The notes: generated by a model not told the origin, from the sequence alone. A stretch of 64,000 nucleotides of DNA from Bacteroidales bacterium (GCA_041686485.1 JAWLDT010000002.1:22492-86491), one strand, 5' to 3'; counted from the stretch's first letter, positions 17,677 through 29,097 are shown. Made by a program: numbers and translations.

Positions 17677-19086
17677 TTATTGTTTTTCCGTTTCAGATTT
17701 GTCACCGCTTTGTTCGCCCTGTTGCTGCTGATACTTTTCCGTAACGAGCTTTACGAAGTCATCAAAAGAGATCTCAACCTCATTCAGTTTTAGCTTTTCT
17801 TTAAATAATGCGATCAGCTTTTGCTCATACAGGTGGTCATGGATCTTTTTGATTTCTTCTTTGTTAGAAGAGAAGTTTTTGACATACTCATCAAGTACCC
17901 CTTGTTCAACATCTTCCTGGCCATATTGTTTAAGCTGTGCCTTGATGAATTCCTCCAGGTGCTTGTTCACCTCCTCGGGTTTCACCTCCAGGTCATATTT
18001 CTTGCTCAGGTGGTTTTCGATCAGTTGCCATTTAAAGGTATCTGCAAACTGCTCAAATTCATTTTCCACCTTTTCTTCAGAAAGTTCTTCTTTGTTATTC
18101 TCCAGCAACCATTTTTTCAGGAATGCTTCCGGCAGCTCCAGGTCTGCTTCTTCCACCAGCTTTTCGATCACCAGGTTTTTAAAATGCTTATCCACATCTG
18201 CCTGGTACTGTTTGCTGATCTGATCGGCCAGGTATTTACGGAACTCTTCTTCAGTGGTAATGTCCGCATCGGGAGCGGCCTTTTTAAAGAACTCTTCATC
18301 CATCCCGGCAGGCTCTACGCGGCTGATGCTTTGTATGGTAAAACGAAACAACGGGCTGTAATTTGAAAGCTCCTCCTTCTGCACACCCAGCATGGAAGCT
18401 GCTTCCGATTCCGACTCAACGGCCTTCATCACATCCATCACAACAATCTCACCCGGTTTGGCTCCAATAAGTTTCTGTTTTACCTCCTCATCTTTTATAT
18501 ACTGGATATAAACGCTGGATTGGTGGGTATGGCCCTCGGTTTTGGGGGTATTTTCGTCTTCCATCTCCTCAAATTCACCGTAGAGCACATCCTCAGCTTC
18601 TGACACACCGGGGTTCGTCATCTTACCATACCGTTTACGGATATCTTTCAGGTAATTATCCACAATATCGTCATCCACTTTAATCTTGTGGTAGTCTACC
18701 TCAATATCTTCCGAGAGTTCCAGATCAATATCCGGAGCTAATCCGATGTGATAGTAGAAGGCGAACTCGGTCTGGTTATCCCAGTCGATGGTATTGGCAT
18801 GGTCATTATCGGGCAGTGGGTTACCGAGCACATTGAGCTCATTTTCTTTGATGTAGTTGTATACGGCGTCGGCCAGAATCTTATTCACTTCTTCGGCGAG
18901 CACGCTTTTACCGTACATCTTTTTAACGATCCCCATGGGCACTTTACCCTGTCTAAAACCAGGCATTTGCGCCTTCTTCTGCAGATTGGCCAGTTCTTTA
19001 TCCACCTGCTGACGATAGTCTTCTTCGGTCAGGTGTACTGTCAGTGTCGCCTCCAGGTTTCCTTTCTTCTCCTGAGTAATCTCCAT
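17677..19086 (-). CDS. tig: trigger factor
   Basis: MPGFRQGKVPMGIVKKMYG signature motif, and the tig-clpP-clpX gene order. Confidence 0.95.
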   Translation of the reverse strand: MEITQEKKGNLEATLTVHLTEEDYRQQVDKELANLQKKAQMPGFRQGKVPMGIVKKMYGKSVLAEEVNKILADAVYNYIKENELNVLGNPLPDNDHANTIDWDNQTEFAFYYHIGLAPDIDLELSEDIEVDYHKIKVDDDIVDNYLKDIRKRYGKMTNPGVSEAEDVLYGEFEEMEDENTPKTEGHTHQSSVYIQYIKDEEVKQKLIGAKPGEIVVMDVMKAVESESEAASMLGVQKEELSNYSPLFRFTIQSISRVEPAGMDEEFFKKAAPDADITTEEEFRKYLADQISKQYQADVDKHFKNLVIEKLVEEADLELPEAFLKKWLLENNKEELSEEKVENEFEQFADTFKWQLIENHLSKKYDLEVKPEEVNKHLEEFIKAQLKQYGQEDVEQGVLDEYVKNFSSNKEEIKKIHDHLYEQKLIALFKEKLKLNEVEISFDDFVKLVTEKYQQQQGEQSGDKSETEKQ

Positions 19087-19163
19087 ATAATCATTCTGAT
19101 TTAAACATTTATACTGATGAAACGCGCCTGTAGTTATGCGTTTCCCACTTCATTTTCAGGGGC

Positions 19164-19171
19164 ACAAATAT
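19164..19171 (-). promoter_or_regulatory. -7 motif TATATTTG for tig-clpP-clpX
   Basis: TAnnTTTG on the minus strand, 78 nt upstream of the tig ATG. Confidence 0.45.
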
Positions 19172-19340
19172 ACGATTAATTATGGAGATGTTAATAATGG
19201 ATTGTCATCTATCGGCAGGTTAATCCGACACCTATCATTATTACAAGTGCAAATTTTTGGTAAGATAAAACCCCTTTCAAGGCTTTTTTTCTTATTAATC
19301 ATTTTGTCTTATTTGTCATATTTTTTTAACCTGAGTATCT

Positions 19341-19376
19341 GATAGTTACCTTGACGAGTGTTCGTTGATAACTATC
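19341..19376. repeat. 8-bp inverted repeat GATAGTTA ... TAACTATC with 20-nt spacer
   Basis: Read directly from the sequence in the tRNA-Leu/tig intergenic region. Confidence 0.6.
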
Positions 19377-19405
19377 GTAATCATTTGATATTCACATGGT
19401 TAATC

Positions 19406-19435
19406 AAAGGGACAAATCGGGAGAAAAGGGACAAA
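19406..19435. repeat. direct repeat AAAGGGACAAA x2 (19-bp period)
   Basis: Copies at 19406-19416 and 19425-19435. On the minus strand the unit reads TTTGTCCCTTT. Confidence 0.6.
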
Positions 19436-19495
19436 ATGTTTTTTTTCTCTTGGAGGTATAACTGTCTGTTTATTAGAGCTTTAGCTGCTCAAAAG

Positions 19496-19577
19496 TGCGG
19501 ATGGAGGGACTCGAACCCCCACGCCTTGCGGCACCAGATCCTAAGTCTGGCGCGGCTACCAATTACGCCACATCCGC
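19496..19577 (-). tRNA. tRNA-Leu (anticodon TAG), class II with long variable arm
   Basis: Folded by hand. Acceptor GCGGATG/CATCCGC, anticodon stem CCAGA/TCTGG with loop CTTAGGA, variable arm TGCCGCAAGGCGT, T-loop TTCGAGT. Confidence 0.9.
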
Positions 19578-19604
19578 ATAATCATCTATCCTGGTTATTT
19601 AGTG

Positions 19605-19612
19605 CAAAAGTA
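19605..19612 (-). promoter_or_regulatory. -7 motif TACTTTTG for tRNA-Leu
   Basis: TAnnTTTG on the minus strand, 28 nt upstream of the tRNA 5' end. Confidence 0.5.
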
Positions 19613-19653
19613 CAATAAATTTAAAAACCTGCCCGCATATTACCTGAGAAAAA

Positions 19654-21816
19654 CTACTCACCATCAGATGGGGCTTCAACCGGAATGGTAAAAGAAACAA
19701 CGGATCCTTTACCTGCCTTACTGTTGATATATATGTTGCCTCCCTGCTTTTGGGCAAATTCCTTACACAACAACAAGCCGAGGCCACTACCCTTTTCCTC
19801 CGACGTACCATAGCTGCTATGCAAAGAATCAACACGAAAGAGCTTATCCTGATCCTCCTCTGAAATACCTACTCCATTATCGGCAATCGCTATTTCGATC
19901 ATGTCAGGATGCTTATGAGAACGAATCTCAATATAACCGCCAGGATAAGTATATTTAAGCGCATTGGACAAAAGATTACGGACGATTGTATCGGTCATGT
20001 TTACATCACCCCAAACCTGAATACCATCATGCACCCTGTCAAATATATCAATGTTCTTTTCAAGGGTGTTCGCTTCAAAAAGCCTCACATTGTCACGAAT
20101 AACATCCTTGATGTTGAAGCGTTCCGGATTATATTGAATCTTACCGGTTTGGGCCCTGGACCATTGCAATAGATTTTCAAGCAGATTATTGATTTTGAGA
20201 ACCGATCTGTCCAGCTCAGACGCCAATTCCTTTAACTCTTCTTTTGATAAATGATCAATATCCCTTTTTAATAATCTTGAAAAACTTAGCACAGAAGCAA
20301 ACGGATTCCGAAGGTCATGAGAAATGATAGAGAAAAACTTGTCCTTCGTCTGGTTGGTTTCTATGAGGTTCTTCTCATTTTCCTGCAACTGTTTGTTTAG
20401 CCTGTCTACCTTTTTCTTTTCAACAATAAGCGAATCGTTCAGTTCCTTTAACTTTTCGTTATTCCGGCTGATTTCCTCTTTCTGGGTTTTAAGCTTTTTA
20501 TTCGTCCGACGCGATTCAATGAAACGATAATATTGAATGACCAGCAATAGCAGGATTAAAGCCATAAACAGCAACAGATAATTTCTTGACTGCCGTTGTT
20601 TCTCCAGATTGAGTTGCTGAATCTGACTGTTTTTCTGAAGAAGATCAATCTCATCCTGCTGCCGTTCACGGTCATACATCAGCTGCATCTCCATCACGCG
20701 CCTCCTGCTTTCTTCGTCATAGATACTATCTTTCAGACTAATATGTTTTTGCTGATACTCATAAGCATCCTTATACTGTTGTTGCTGATGCATTAACCGG
20801 CTCAAAAGATCATAATTCTCTGCCAGAATAGAGTGGATGTCAGCCTCATCGGCTATTTCAATACTTTTAAAAAAATAATCTTTTGCCCTATCCAACTCTC
20901 CGAAAGCCATATATGCACTCCCAAGGTCACGCGCCACCTGTGCTTTTCCTCTTTCAAGCTGCGCCTGTTCAAAATAAGCTTGCGCCTCACGCAAGATGTC
21001 GAGGGCATCATCATGTTTATTCTCTTCAATATACAAATTGCCAATAGCTTTCTGGGTTATGGCTATTTCACGTATATCATTGTATTCCAGTCGTATATTA
21101 AGCGCTTCACTAAAATACCTATGGGCTGCCTTATAGTTACCATTATGCTGGCTGATGATACCAAGATTATTCAATGAATATGCCTTAGACTGTTCCATCT
21201 CATGCTTCTCTGCAATGTTTAGAGCACGCCGATGGTATTCCTCAGCTTTATCATATTGTTCCTGTTCCTGATACAGATATCCGATATTATTTAATACCGT
21301 AAACTGGGAAGAGTCATCATCTCTGTCCTCATACATTTGAAGTCCCTCAAAATAATACTCCAATGCATTGTCGTAATAACCCTGGCCGTGAAAAATGACA
21401 CCGAGGTTGATAAGCACTCGTGCATAACCTTCATCATCTTCAATGTCCTCAAACAACTGGCGGGCCTTGAACATGTTTTCATAAGCCTGTTTGAAATCTC
21501 CTTTTCGCCAATATAACAGGCCAAGATCAGTTAAACTTCTGCCGATATATTGCTGATCATCAAGGTCTCTGGCGATTTCAAGCGCCTTCATGACATACTC
21601 CTTCGCTAATTCCTGCTCTGATGATCGAATAGACCAGGCAAGAGTGATAAGTGCTTCCAGGCGAACAGAATCGGCAACCTCAGGATTATCTACCAGGTTC
21701 TTCAGACTGTCAGCCTCCGCATCATATTGGTCATTGGTAGTAGTGGCATATACCGGTGTGTGACATAAACCTGACCAAAGTAAAACGATTAGAAGCCAAA
21801 GAAACTTTTTCATCAT
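19654..21816 (-). CDS. TPR-repeat sensor histidine kinase
   Basis: Signal or TM1 segment, about 9 TPR-like repeats, a TM segment (YLLLFMALILLLLVIQYY), a coiled coil, H-box FSIISHDLRNPF, N-box RNLLSNALKYT, G-boxes DNGVGI and GSGLGL. Confidence 0.9.
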   Translation of the reverse strand: MMKKFLWLLIVLLWSGLCHTPVYATTTNDQYDAEADSLKNLVDNPEVADSVRLEALITLAWSIRSSEQELAKEYVMKALEIARDLDDQQYIGRSLTDLGLLYWRKGDFKQAYENMFKARQLFEDIEDDEGYARVLINLGVIFHGQGYYDNALEYYFEGLQMYEDRDDDSSQFTVLNNIGYLYQEQEQYDKAEEYHRRALNIAEKHEMEQSKAYSLNNLGIISQHNGNYKAAHRYFSEALNIRLEYNDIREIAITQKAIGNLYIEENKHDDALDILREAQAYFEQAQLERGKAQVARDLGSAYMAFGELDRAKDYFFKSIEIADEADIHSILAENYDLLSRLMHQQQQYKDAYEYQQKHISLKDSIYDEESRRRVMEMQLMYDRERQQDEIDLLQKNSQIQQLNLEKQRQSRNYLLLFMALILLLLVIQYYRFIESRRTNKKLKTQKEEISRNNEKLKELNDSLIVEKKKVDRLNKQLQENEKNLIETNQTKDKFFSIISHDLRNPFASVLSFSRLLKRDIDHLSKEELKELASELDRSVLKINNLLENLLQWSRAQTGKIQYNPERFNIKDVIRDNVRLFEANTLEKNIDIFDRVHDGIQVWGDVNMTDTIVRNLLSNALKYTYPGGYIEIRSHKHPDMIEIAIADNGVGISEEDQDKLFRVDSLHSSYGTSEEKGSGLGLLLCKEFAQKQGGNIYINSKAGKGSVVSFTIPVEAPSDGE

Positions 21817-21990
21817 GAAATAAAATTGACAATAAATAACCTTATCGTAAAGATAAACAAAAAAGGAATTCGTTTCGACAAAATATTATTTTTGGTTGAT
21901 TAACGGAATAAAACGAAGATTGAAGCACAATAATACATGTATCCATTGCTTAGTATCAAATACCGCGCCATTGTTGTGATAATGGAATAT

Positions 21991-23691
21991 TTATTCAATA
22001 TTCACACCGGCAATTGCTTCATTGATATTCAATATGGTATCCCCAATTTTCTCACATGAAGTGATGAGCTTGTTAAAATAAAAGGCACTCTTGGCATGCG
22101 TGGGGTCTTTTTCAATATCATCAATCACGGCATCTTTAACCTGGTCGCGGAAAGCATTGATTTTCTTTTCAAGTTCCATGGCTTTTGGCAGGGATTGGCG
22201 TGCCTCGTGCGTACTGGTCTGCATATTCTCAAGCATCAGCTCGAAACCGTTATTAACCAGCTTAAACATCTCAAACAGATCACTACGCTGCTCCGGAGTG
22301 AAGTAAACCTTTTCCTTTTTCTTATCCGACAATACAGAGGACATCTTAAAACAAACATCACCAATCTTTTCAACTTCACTGCTGACAAGACGCATACGGC
22401 GCAATTCTTCGGCCGCATGTCCGCTTAACTGTTTCCTTGATATCTTGATCAGAAATGTGGTAATCTCTACCTCCACCCTGTCGGTTATTTCTTCATACTT
22501 ACTGACCTTTCCCAGGAGATTCTGATATTCCTTTTTATCGGTTTCTATGATAAGTGCCGGGATAAAATTAAACATCCTTTGAGCGAGTTCCGCATATTTG
22601 CGAACCTCCTTTTTGGCCTGAAAGACTGATAACTCAGCCATGTGAAGGAATCCGCTGCTAAAATATTCGAGTTGTGGTCGTTCAAACTTTTTACCCCTGG
22701 AGGGTATTAAATACTCCACAAATTGAACGATATATCGACTGAGCCCTATCAGAAGCAGGGTGTTTGTAATATTAAATACGGTATGAAAAATGGACAGGCC
22801 AACGGGTATCCATGTGGCTGTCTCCATGGGGGACCCCAGTCCGAAATGAACCATAAAATGATCAATTCGACTCAGGAAGAATTTGAACAGGAGAAGCATC
22901 CATATAATACCTATCACATTGAAAACAGTATGGGCAAGGGCTGTTCGTTTGGCATATACATTCCCTACCAGGGCGGCCAGGTTGGCTGTAATGGTGGTAC
23001 CGATATTTTCACCCAGCACGATAGCCGCGCCATGCTCATAACCAATCCAGCCAAAATTACACATCACCAGCGTAAGCGCCATCGTGGCACTGGAAGACTG
23101 GAGGATAATCGTAAGCAAGGTACCCAATCCCAGGAATAAAAAGGTGCTGTAAATCCCGTAATCGGTCATGTTTTGGATAAACCTGAACATCTCCGGGTTG
23201 TGTTCGAGATCAGGAACAGCATCTTTCAGGTAGTTCAGCCCCAGAAACAGCAAGGCAAAGCCCAGCAGTATCTGACCGGCTGAATTCAGACGCTCCCTTG
23301 AATTGAGCAACAAAGGGAAGCTTATTCCTATCAGCGGAATGGACAAAGCCGCGATATTGACCTTAAAACCGAGCAGGGAGATTAGCCAGGCAGTGGTAGT
23401 GGTCCCGATATTGGCGCCCATGATCACTCCCACGGACTGTATGAGGGTCATCAGACCGGCATTCACAAAGCTGACAACCATCACCGTAGATGCCGAAGAG
23501 GATTGCACAAGTGTAGTCAGTAAGAAGCCGGTAAAAACCCCTACAAATCGATTGGAGGTCATAGCAGCCAAAACAGACCGCATCTTATCCCCGGCAAACT
23601 TTTGAATGCCCTCACTCATGATTTTCATTCCGTAAAGGAACAAACTCAGTGATCCGAAAAGCGTGAGGAGATCGAAAAAACCAAAACTCAT
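21991..23691 (-). CDS. Na/Pi cotransporter family protein with C-terminal PhoU-like domain
   Basis: QSSSASTVMVVSF and QSSSATMALTLV duplicated motifs. The C-terminal helical region contains EKIGD repeats. Confidence 0.9.
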   Translation of the reverse strand: MSFGFFDLLTLFGSLSLFLYGMKIMSEGIQKFAGDKMRSVLAAMTSNRFVGVFTGFLLTTLVQSSSASTVMVVSFVNAGLMTLIQSVGVIMGANIGTTTTAWLISLLGFKVNIAALSIPLIGISFPLLLNSRERLNSAGQILLGFALLFLGLNYLKDAVPDLEHNPEMFRFIQNMTDYGIYSTFLFLGLGTLLTIILQSSSATMALTLVMCNFGWIGYEHGAAIVLGENIGTTITANLAALVGNVYAKRTALAHTVFNVIGIIWMLLLFKFFLSRIDHFMVHFGLGSPMETATWIPVGLSIFHTVFNITNTLLLIGLSRYIVQFVEYLIPSRGKKFERPQLEYFSSGFLHMAELSVFQAKKEVRKYAELAQRMFNFIPALIIETDKKEYQNLLGKVSKYEEITDRVEVEITTFLIKISRKQLSGHAAEELRRMRLVSSEVEKIGDVCFKMSSVLSDKKKEKVYFTPEQRSDLFEMFKLVNNGFELMLENMQTSTHEARQSLPKAMELEKKINAFRDQVKDAVIDDIEKDPTHAKSAFYFNKLITSCEKIGDTILNINEAIAGVNIE

Positions 23692-23706
23692 AATTTAGTT
23701 ATTGGG

Positions 23707-23728
23707 TAGTCAAAAGTAGTCAAAAGTA
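23707..23728 (-). promoter_or_regulatory. tandemly duplicated 10-bp unit carrying two TACTTTTG -7 motifs
   Basis: Plus strand reads TAGTCAAAAG TAGTCAAAAG TA. The minus strand therefore has TACTTTTG at 23721-23728 and 23711-23718, which is 19-29 nt upstream of the ATG at 23691. Confidence 0.45.
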
Positions 23729-23851
23729 ATATTCAGGCAAGCTGAAATATCAACATTTTTTATATTAAAAAACACGATCCTGATTAACGGGCTCTGAGAA
23801 TAAGTACGTAAAGGGAGTATGCTGGCGGTTTTAAGTGATGCGCTCATTAAG

Positions 23852-23904
23852 AAAAAGGAATAGTGCCTCTCAGGACAAGAATGGACCCGAAAGGCACTTT
23901 TTTA
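23852..23904. terminator. possible eno terminator (weak hairpin)
   Basis: AGTGCCT...AGGCACT 7-bp stem with a 23-nt loop, flanked by A5 and T6. Confidence 0.3.
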
Positions 23905-23921
23905 TCTTCATCAACCATTAC

Positions 23922-25235
<1,314 letters not shown>

Positions 25236-25274
25236 TCATTGAATTCAGCGTAAAGTTAAGTATATACGCAGAAA

Positions 25275-25303
25275 TAAAAAAGGATAAAGCGACCCGGTCA
25301 CTT
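25275..25303 (-). terminator. rho-independent terminator after rplQ
   Basis: Minus strand AAGTGAC-cgg-GTCGCTT stem (one G-U pair), then TATCCTTTTTTATTT. Confidence 0.45.
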
Positions 25304-25341
25304 CATCCCTTACACTTTTCATAGCACATTGCGTGAATGAA

Positions 25342-26169
25342 TTATTGCTTATCTTCCGGCTTGTCTTCTGTATCTTCATCCGAAGATTTTTCTTCTTCAG
25401 AATCATCAGCCGGCTGGTCCTGTTTCTTTTTTGCGGCGGGTTGCTCTTCGGCGGCATCTTTATCATCTCCGGCAGGTTCCGTCTCCGCCTCAGGTTCATC
25501 GGCAGTTTCTGCTTCAGGTTCGGTTTTTTTATCCGTTGGCTCAGCCGTCTCCTCAGCAGCCACATCGGTGTCTTCAGCGTCGGTTGCTGCTTCTGCGGAG
25601 GCTTCTGCAGGTGCTTCCTGAGTATCATCGACTGTTTCGGCCGGTTTTTCAGCAGGCTCCTCCTGTGGGGTGGTATCGCCGACAGTGTCCCGGGCAGCAG
25701 CCGGAGCAGCTTGCCCGGTTGCCTCAGTATCTTTGGCTCCTTTCTTACCACGCCGTCTTCCTCTTCTGGTACGCCTGGCTGTTGTTTCTTCTTCTGTTTT
25801 CAGCATGGCTGTGTTGTAATCAACCAGTTCGATAAAACACATCTCTGCCGCATCCCCCTGACGAAAACCTGTTTTCAGAATACGGGTATATCCGCCCGGG
25901 CGGTCAGCCACTTTTTGTGCGACTTCCCGATACAGTTCACTGACAGCATGTTTGTTTTTCAGATAAGAAAAAACCATCCGGCGCGAATGGGTCGAATCCG
26001 TTTTAGAACGTGTAATCAGTGGCTCGACATATGTACGCAACGCCTTGGCTTTGGCTACCGTTGTATTGATCCTTTTGTTGAGAATTAATGCTGTGGCAAG
26101 ACTCGACAAGGTTTCCTGCCTGTGCGCTGCCTTTCTCCCTAAACTATTAATCTTCTTTCTATGTCTCAT
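25342..26169 (-). CDS. rplQ: 50S ribosomal protein L17 with ~155-aa acidic low-complexity C-terminal extension
   Basis: [21 protein letters not shown]...[28 protein letters not shown] core, then an E/A/D/T/P-rich tail to 275 aa. Confidence 0.9.
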   Translation of the reverse strand: MRHRKKINSLGRKAAHRQETLSSLATALILNKRINTTVAKAKALRTYVEPLITRSKTDSTHSRRMVFSYLKNKHAVSELYREVAQKVADRPGGYTRILKTGFRQGDAAEMCFIELVDYNTAMLKTEEETTARRTRRGRRRGKKGAKDTEATGQAAPAAARDTVGDTTPQEEPAEKPAETVDDTQEAPAEASAEAATDAEDTDVAAEETAEPTDKKTEPEAETADEPEAETEPAGDDKDAAEEQPAAKKKQDQPADDSEEEKSSDEDTEDKPEDKQ

Positions 26170-26176
26170 TACTAAA

Positions 26177-27169
26177 TTATTCCTTATCTAATTTGTACTT
26201 CGAAAGGTTCATTCCAAAATGGAGGTTCTTTGACTTAACAAGTTCTTCCAGCTCGGTAAGTGATTTTTTTCCAAAATTTCTGAACTTCAGCAGGTCATGT
26301 TTATTAAGTGCAACCAAATCTGCCAATGTTTCAACATCAGCTGCTTTCAGACAATTCAGGGCCCTTACCGAAAGGTCAAGATCCACCAGTTTTGTTTTCA
26401 GGAGCTGACGCATATGCAATGAATTCTCATCAAACTCCTCGCTGGATGCTTTTTCTTCTGTATCCAGGGTAATTTTCTCATTGGAGAACAACATAAAGTG
26501 TTGTATCAGAATATGTGCGGCTTCCTTCAGTGCTTCTTTGGGCTCAACAGAACCGTCGGTCAAAATCTCAATAACCAGCTTTTCATAGTCGGTCTTCTGT
26601 TCAACACGGTAGTTGTCAACGTGGTAGGTCACATTTTTAATCGGAGTAAAAATGGAATCGACAGCGATTGACCCAATAACCGGGTTAAGGCCTTTATTTT
26701 CTTCAGCAGGCACATAACCACGGCCCTTTTCAACTGTAAACTCAATATTCAGGTTGACAGATGGTTCCATCTCGCAAATGACCACATCGGGGTTCAGCAC
26801 ATAGAAATTCGACAGGGCATCATTCAGGTCACCTGCCTTAAACTGTTCCTGCCCGCTAATGGAGACACTGAATTTTTCGGATTCAGCATCCTCAACCTGT
26901 TTTTTGAAACGCACCTGTTTCAAATTCAGGATAATCTCCGTTACATCCTGTACAACTCCTTCGATGGTTGAAAACTCATGATCCACGCCCTCAATTTTTA
27001 CTGAAGTAATGGCATAACCTTCCAGCGACGAGAGCAAAATTCTTCTGAGAGCATTGCCTATCGTAATGCCATAGCCTGGTTCCAACGGGCGAAATTCAAA
27101 CTTCCCCAGCCGGTTATCGGACTCAAGCATAATTACTTTGTCCGGTTTTTGAAATGCTAATATTGCCAT
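26177..27169 (-). CDS. rpoA: DNA-directed RNA polymerase subunit alpha
   Basis: [26 protein letters not shown] and the C-terminal domain [14 protein letters not shown]. Confidence 0.97.
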   Translation of the reverse strand: MAILAFQKPDKVIMLESDNRLGKFEFRPLEPGYGITIGNALRRILLSSLEGYAITSVKIEGVDHEFSTIEGVVQDVTEIILNLKQVRFKKQVEDAESEKFSVSISGQEQFKAGDLNDALSNFYVLNPDVVICEMEPSVNLNIEFTVEKGRGYVPAEENKGLNPVIGSIAVDSIFTPIKNVTYHVDNYRVEQKTDYEKLVIEILTDGSVEPKEALKEAAHILIQHFMLFSNEKITLDTEEKASSEEFDENSLHMRQLLKTKLVDLDLSVRALNCLKAADVETLADLVALNKHDLLKFRNFGKKSLTELEELVKSKNLHFGMNLSKYKLDKE

Positions 27170-27206
27170 TGATACTTGTTTTTTGTGATAAAAAGGGGAA
27201 CAAACA

Positions 27207-27812
27207 TTACTTGGAATACAATTCCACTATGAGCTGCTCTTTAATATTTTCAGGGATCTCCTCGCGCTCGGGGTAGTTCAGGAATTTCCCTTTCGACATG
27301 TCCTGATCCCACTCCAGCCATGAATAATTGCCTGACCGTGAAGACAATGAATCAGTAATCGCCTCGAGGCTGCGTGAGCGTTCACGTACGCCGATGATAT
27401 CACCGGGCTTTACTGTATATGATGGAATATTTACTATCTGATCGTTAACAGTAATATGGCGATGGCCGACAAGCTGGCGGGCTGCGTTACGTGTCGGGGC
27501 GATTCCAAGCCTGTAAACAACATTGTCGAGGCGGGCTTCCAAAAGCTGGAGCAATATTTCTCCGGTAATCCCTTTTTGGCGAACAGCTCTCTTAAAAGTA
27601 TTGGCAAACTGCTTCTCCATTAAGCCATAGGTAAACCTGGCCTTTTGTTTCTCAAGCAGCTGAATACCATATTCTGACTTTTTACGTCTTTTCCGCATCT
27701 GACCGTGCTGTCCCGGCGGATAATTTTTCTTTTCAAATGATCTGTCTGCACCGAAAATGGGATCTCCAAACTTACGGGCTACCTTTGTTTTAGGTCCTAA
27801 ATATCTTGCCAT
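27207..27812 (-). CDS. rpsD: 30S ribosomal protein S4
   Basis: [17 protein letters not shown]-terminus and operon position. Confidence 0.97.
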   Translation of the reverse strand: MARYLGPKTKVARKFGDPIFGADRSFEKKNYPPGQHGQMRKRRKKSEYGIQLLEKQKARFTYGLMEKQFANTFKRAVRQKGITGEILLQLLEARLDNVVYRLGIAPTRNAARQLVGHRHITVNDQIVNIPSYTVKPGDIIGVRERSRSLEAITDSLSSRSGNYSWLEWDQDMSKGKFLNYPEREEIPENIKEQLIVELYSK

Positions 27813-27858
27813 GCTAAATCTTTATAAATCTTTTGGTGTTTAACAAACAAATTTGATG

Positions 27859-28254
27859 TTACACTCTCCTGCGCTTTGGGGGGCGACAACCGTTGTGTGG
27901 CAACGGTGTCACATCTACGATCTCAGCGACTTCAAGCCCGGTTGCGTGTAATGTACGTATAGCCGACTCTCTGCCCGAACCGGGACCCTTTACGTAAACC
28001 TTAACCTTACGCATACCCAGATCATATGCAGTTTTTGCAGCATCCCCTGCTGACAGCTGACCGGCATAAGGGGTATTCTTTTTAGAACCCTTAAATCCGT
28101 TCTTCCCGGCTGAAGACCAGGATATAACCTGTCCCTGCTGATTTGTCAATGTAACAATGATATTATTGAAAGAAGCAAAAATATGGGCCTGGCCGGTTGG
28201 CTCAACCTTTGCTACTCTTCTTTTGGCACTTCTGCCTTTTCCTGATTTTGCCAT
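27859..28254 (-). CDS. rpsK: 30S ribosomal protein S11
   Basis: [21 protein letters not shown]. Confidence 0.97.
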   Translation of the reverse strand: MAKSGKGRSAKRRVAKVEPTGQAHIFASFNNIIVTLTNQQGQVISWSSAGKNGFKGSKKNTPYAGQLSAGDAAKTAYDLGMRKVKVYVKGPGSGRESAIRTLHATGLEVAEIVDVTPLPHNGCRPPKRRRV

Positions 28255-28318
28255 AATACTATATTAACGGTTTTTCTGATCAAGGGGTGTTCAACACCCA
28301 CATCAATAACAATCGGAA

Positions 28319-28696
28319 TTATTTCACTGCCTTTTTCTTATTGGCAACGGTTTTTTTCTTCCCTTTTCGTGTACGTGCGTTATTTTTTGTTCTTTGCCCG
28401 TTCAAAGGCAGGCCAATACGATGGCGAATACCGCGGTAGCAGCCTATGTCCATCAAACGTTTGATGTTCATCTGCGTCTCAGACCTTAACGACCCTTCCA
28501 CTTTATAATGATCATTAATAACATTACGGATCTGGGTCAGTTCATGGTCTTCCCAATCCTCAACAGTCTTATTGGGATCTACCTTGGCGGTTTCCATTAC
28601 CTCACGGGCAAGACTGTGTCCGATACCGTAAATGTAGGTGAGACTTACCACCCCTTTTTTGTTTCTTGGAATATCAACTCCAGCTATACGTGCCAT
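28319..28696 (-). CDS. rpsM: 30S ribosomal protein S13
   Basis: [26 protein letters not shown]. Confidence 0.97.
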   Translation of the reverse strand: MARIAGVDIPRNKKGVVSLTYIYGIGHSLAREVMETAKVDPNKTVEDWEDHELTQIRNVINDHYKVEGSLRSETQMNIKRLMDIGCYRGIRHRIGLPLNGQRTKNNARTRKGKKKTVANKKKAVK

Positions 28697-28726
28697 ATTC
28701 TTATATCCTTTGTATAAATTAGTAAT

Positions 28727-28843
28727 CTATCCCTGACGTTGCTTAAATTTCGGGTTTTTCTTATTGATCACATACACTTTGCCCTTCCTGCGTATTACTT
28801 TACACTCAGAGCTCCTTTTTTTAATCGACGTCCTGACTTTCAT
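28727..28843 (-). CDS. rpmJ: 50S ribosomal protein L36
   Basis: Not in the ORF track (38 aa). My own translation is [38 protein letters not shown], located between infA and rpsM. Confidence 0.95.
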   Translation of the reverse strand: MKVRTSIKKRSSECKVIRRKGKVYVINKKNPKFKQRQG

Positions 28844-28876
28844 TTTATTGTAAATTAATTATATAGTTGCAAATCA

Positions 28877-29095
28877 TTATTTGTACCTGAATGTGATACG
28901 CCCTTTGGTCAGGTCATAAGGCGACATTTCAACCTTGACCTTGTCGCCGGGAAGTATCTTGATATAATGCATGCGCATTTTCCCGGAAATATGGCCGGTA
29001 ATCACATGTCCATTTTCCAGTTCTATACGGAACATGGCATTTCCAAGTGATTCAATAACCGTACCGTCTTGTTCTATTGATGGTTGCTTTGCCAT
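28877..29095 (-). CDS. infA: translation initiation factor IF-1
   Basis: [30 protein letters not shown]. The ATG is at 29095; the ORF-track start is an upstream TTG. Confidence 0.95.
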   Translation of the reverse strand: MAKQPSIEQDGTVIESLGNAMFRIELENGHVITGHISGKMRMHYIKILPGDKVKVEMSPYDLTKGRITFRYK

Positions 29096-29097
29096 AA

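Noticed and set aside
17821-18366. Long antisense ORFs inside tig, PFOR (57545-58552), the L14/S17 region (34957-35580), secY (30248-30802), fusA and others.
   Set aside because: They lie opposite strongly supported conserved genes and their translations have biased, motif-free composition. They are typical shadow ORFs.
19136-19618. Small ORFs 19136-19342 (68 aa) and 19358-19618 (86 aa) in the tig/tRNA-Leu intergenic region.
   Set aside because: The second ORF runs through the tRNA-Leu gene on the opposite strand. Both have implausible, hydrophobic low-complexity translations and no upstream promoter motif.
25245-26088. Alternative-frame ORFs over the L17 tail (25333-26088 plus strand at 251 aa; 25245-25751 minus strand at 168 aa, Lys/Arg-rich; others).
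   Set aside because: The repetitive GA/CT-rich DNA that encodes the acidic tail is open in several frames. Only the L17 frame is continuous with a recognisable protein core.
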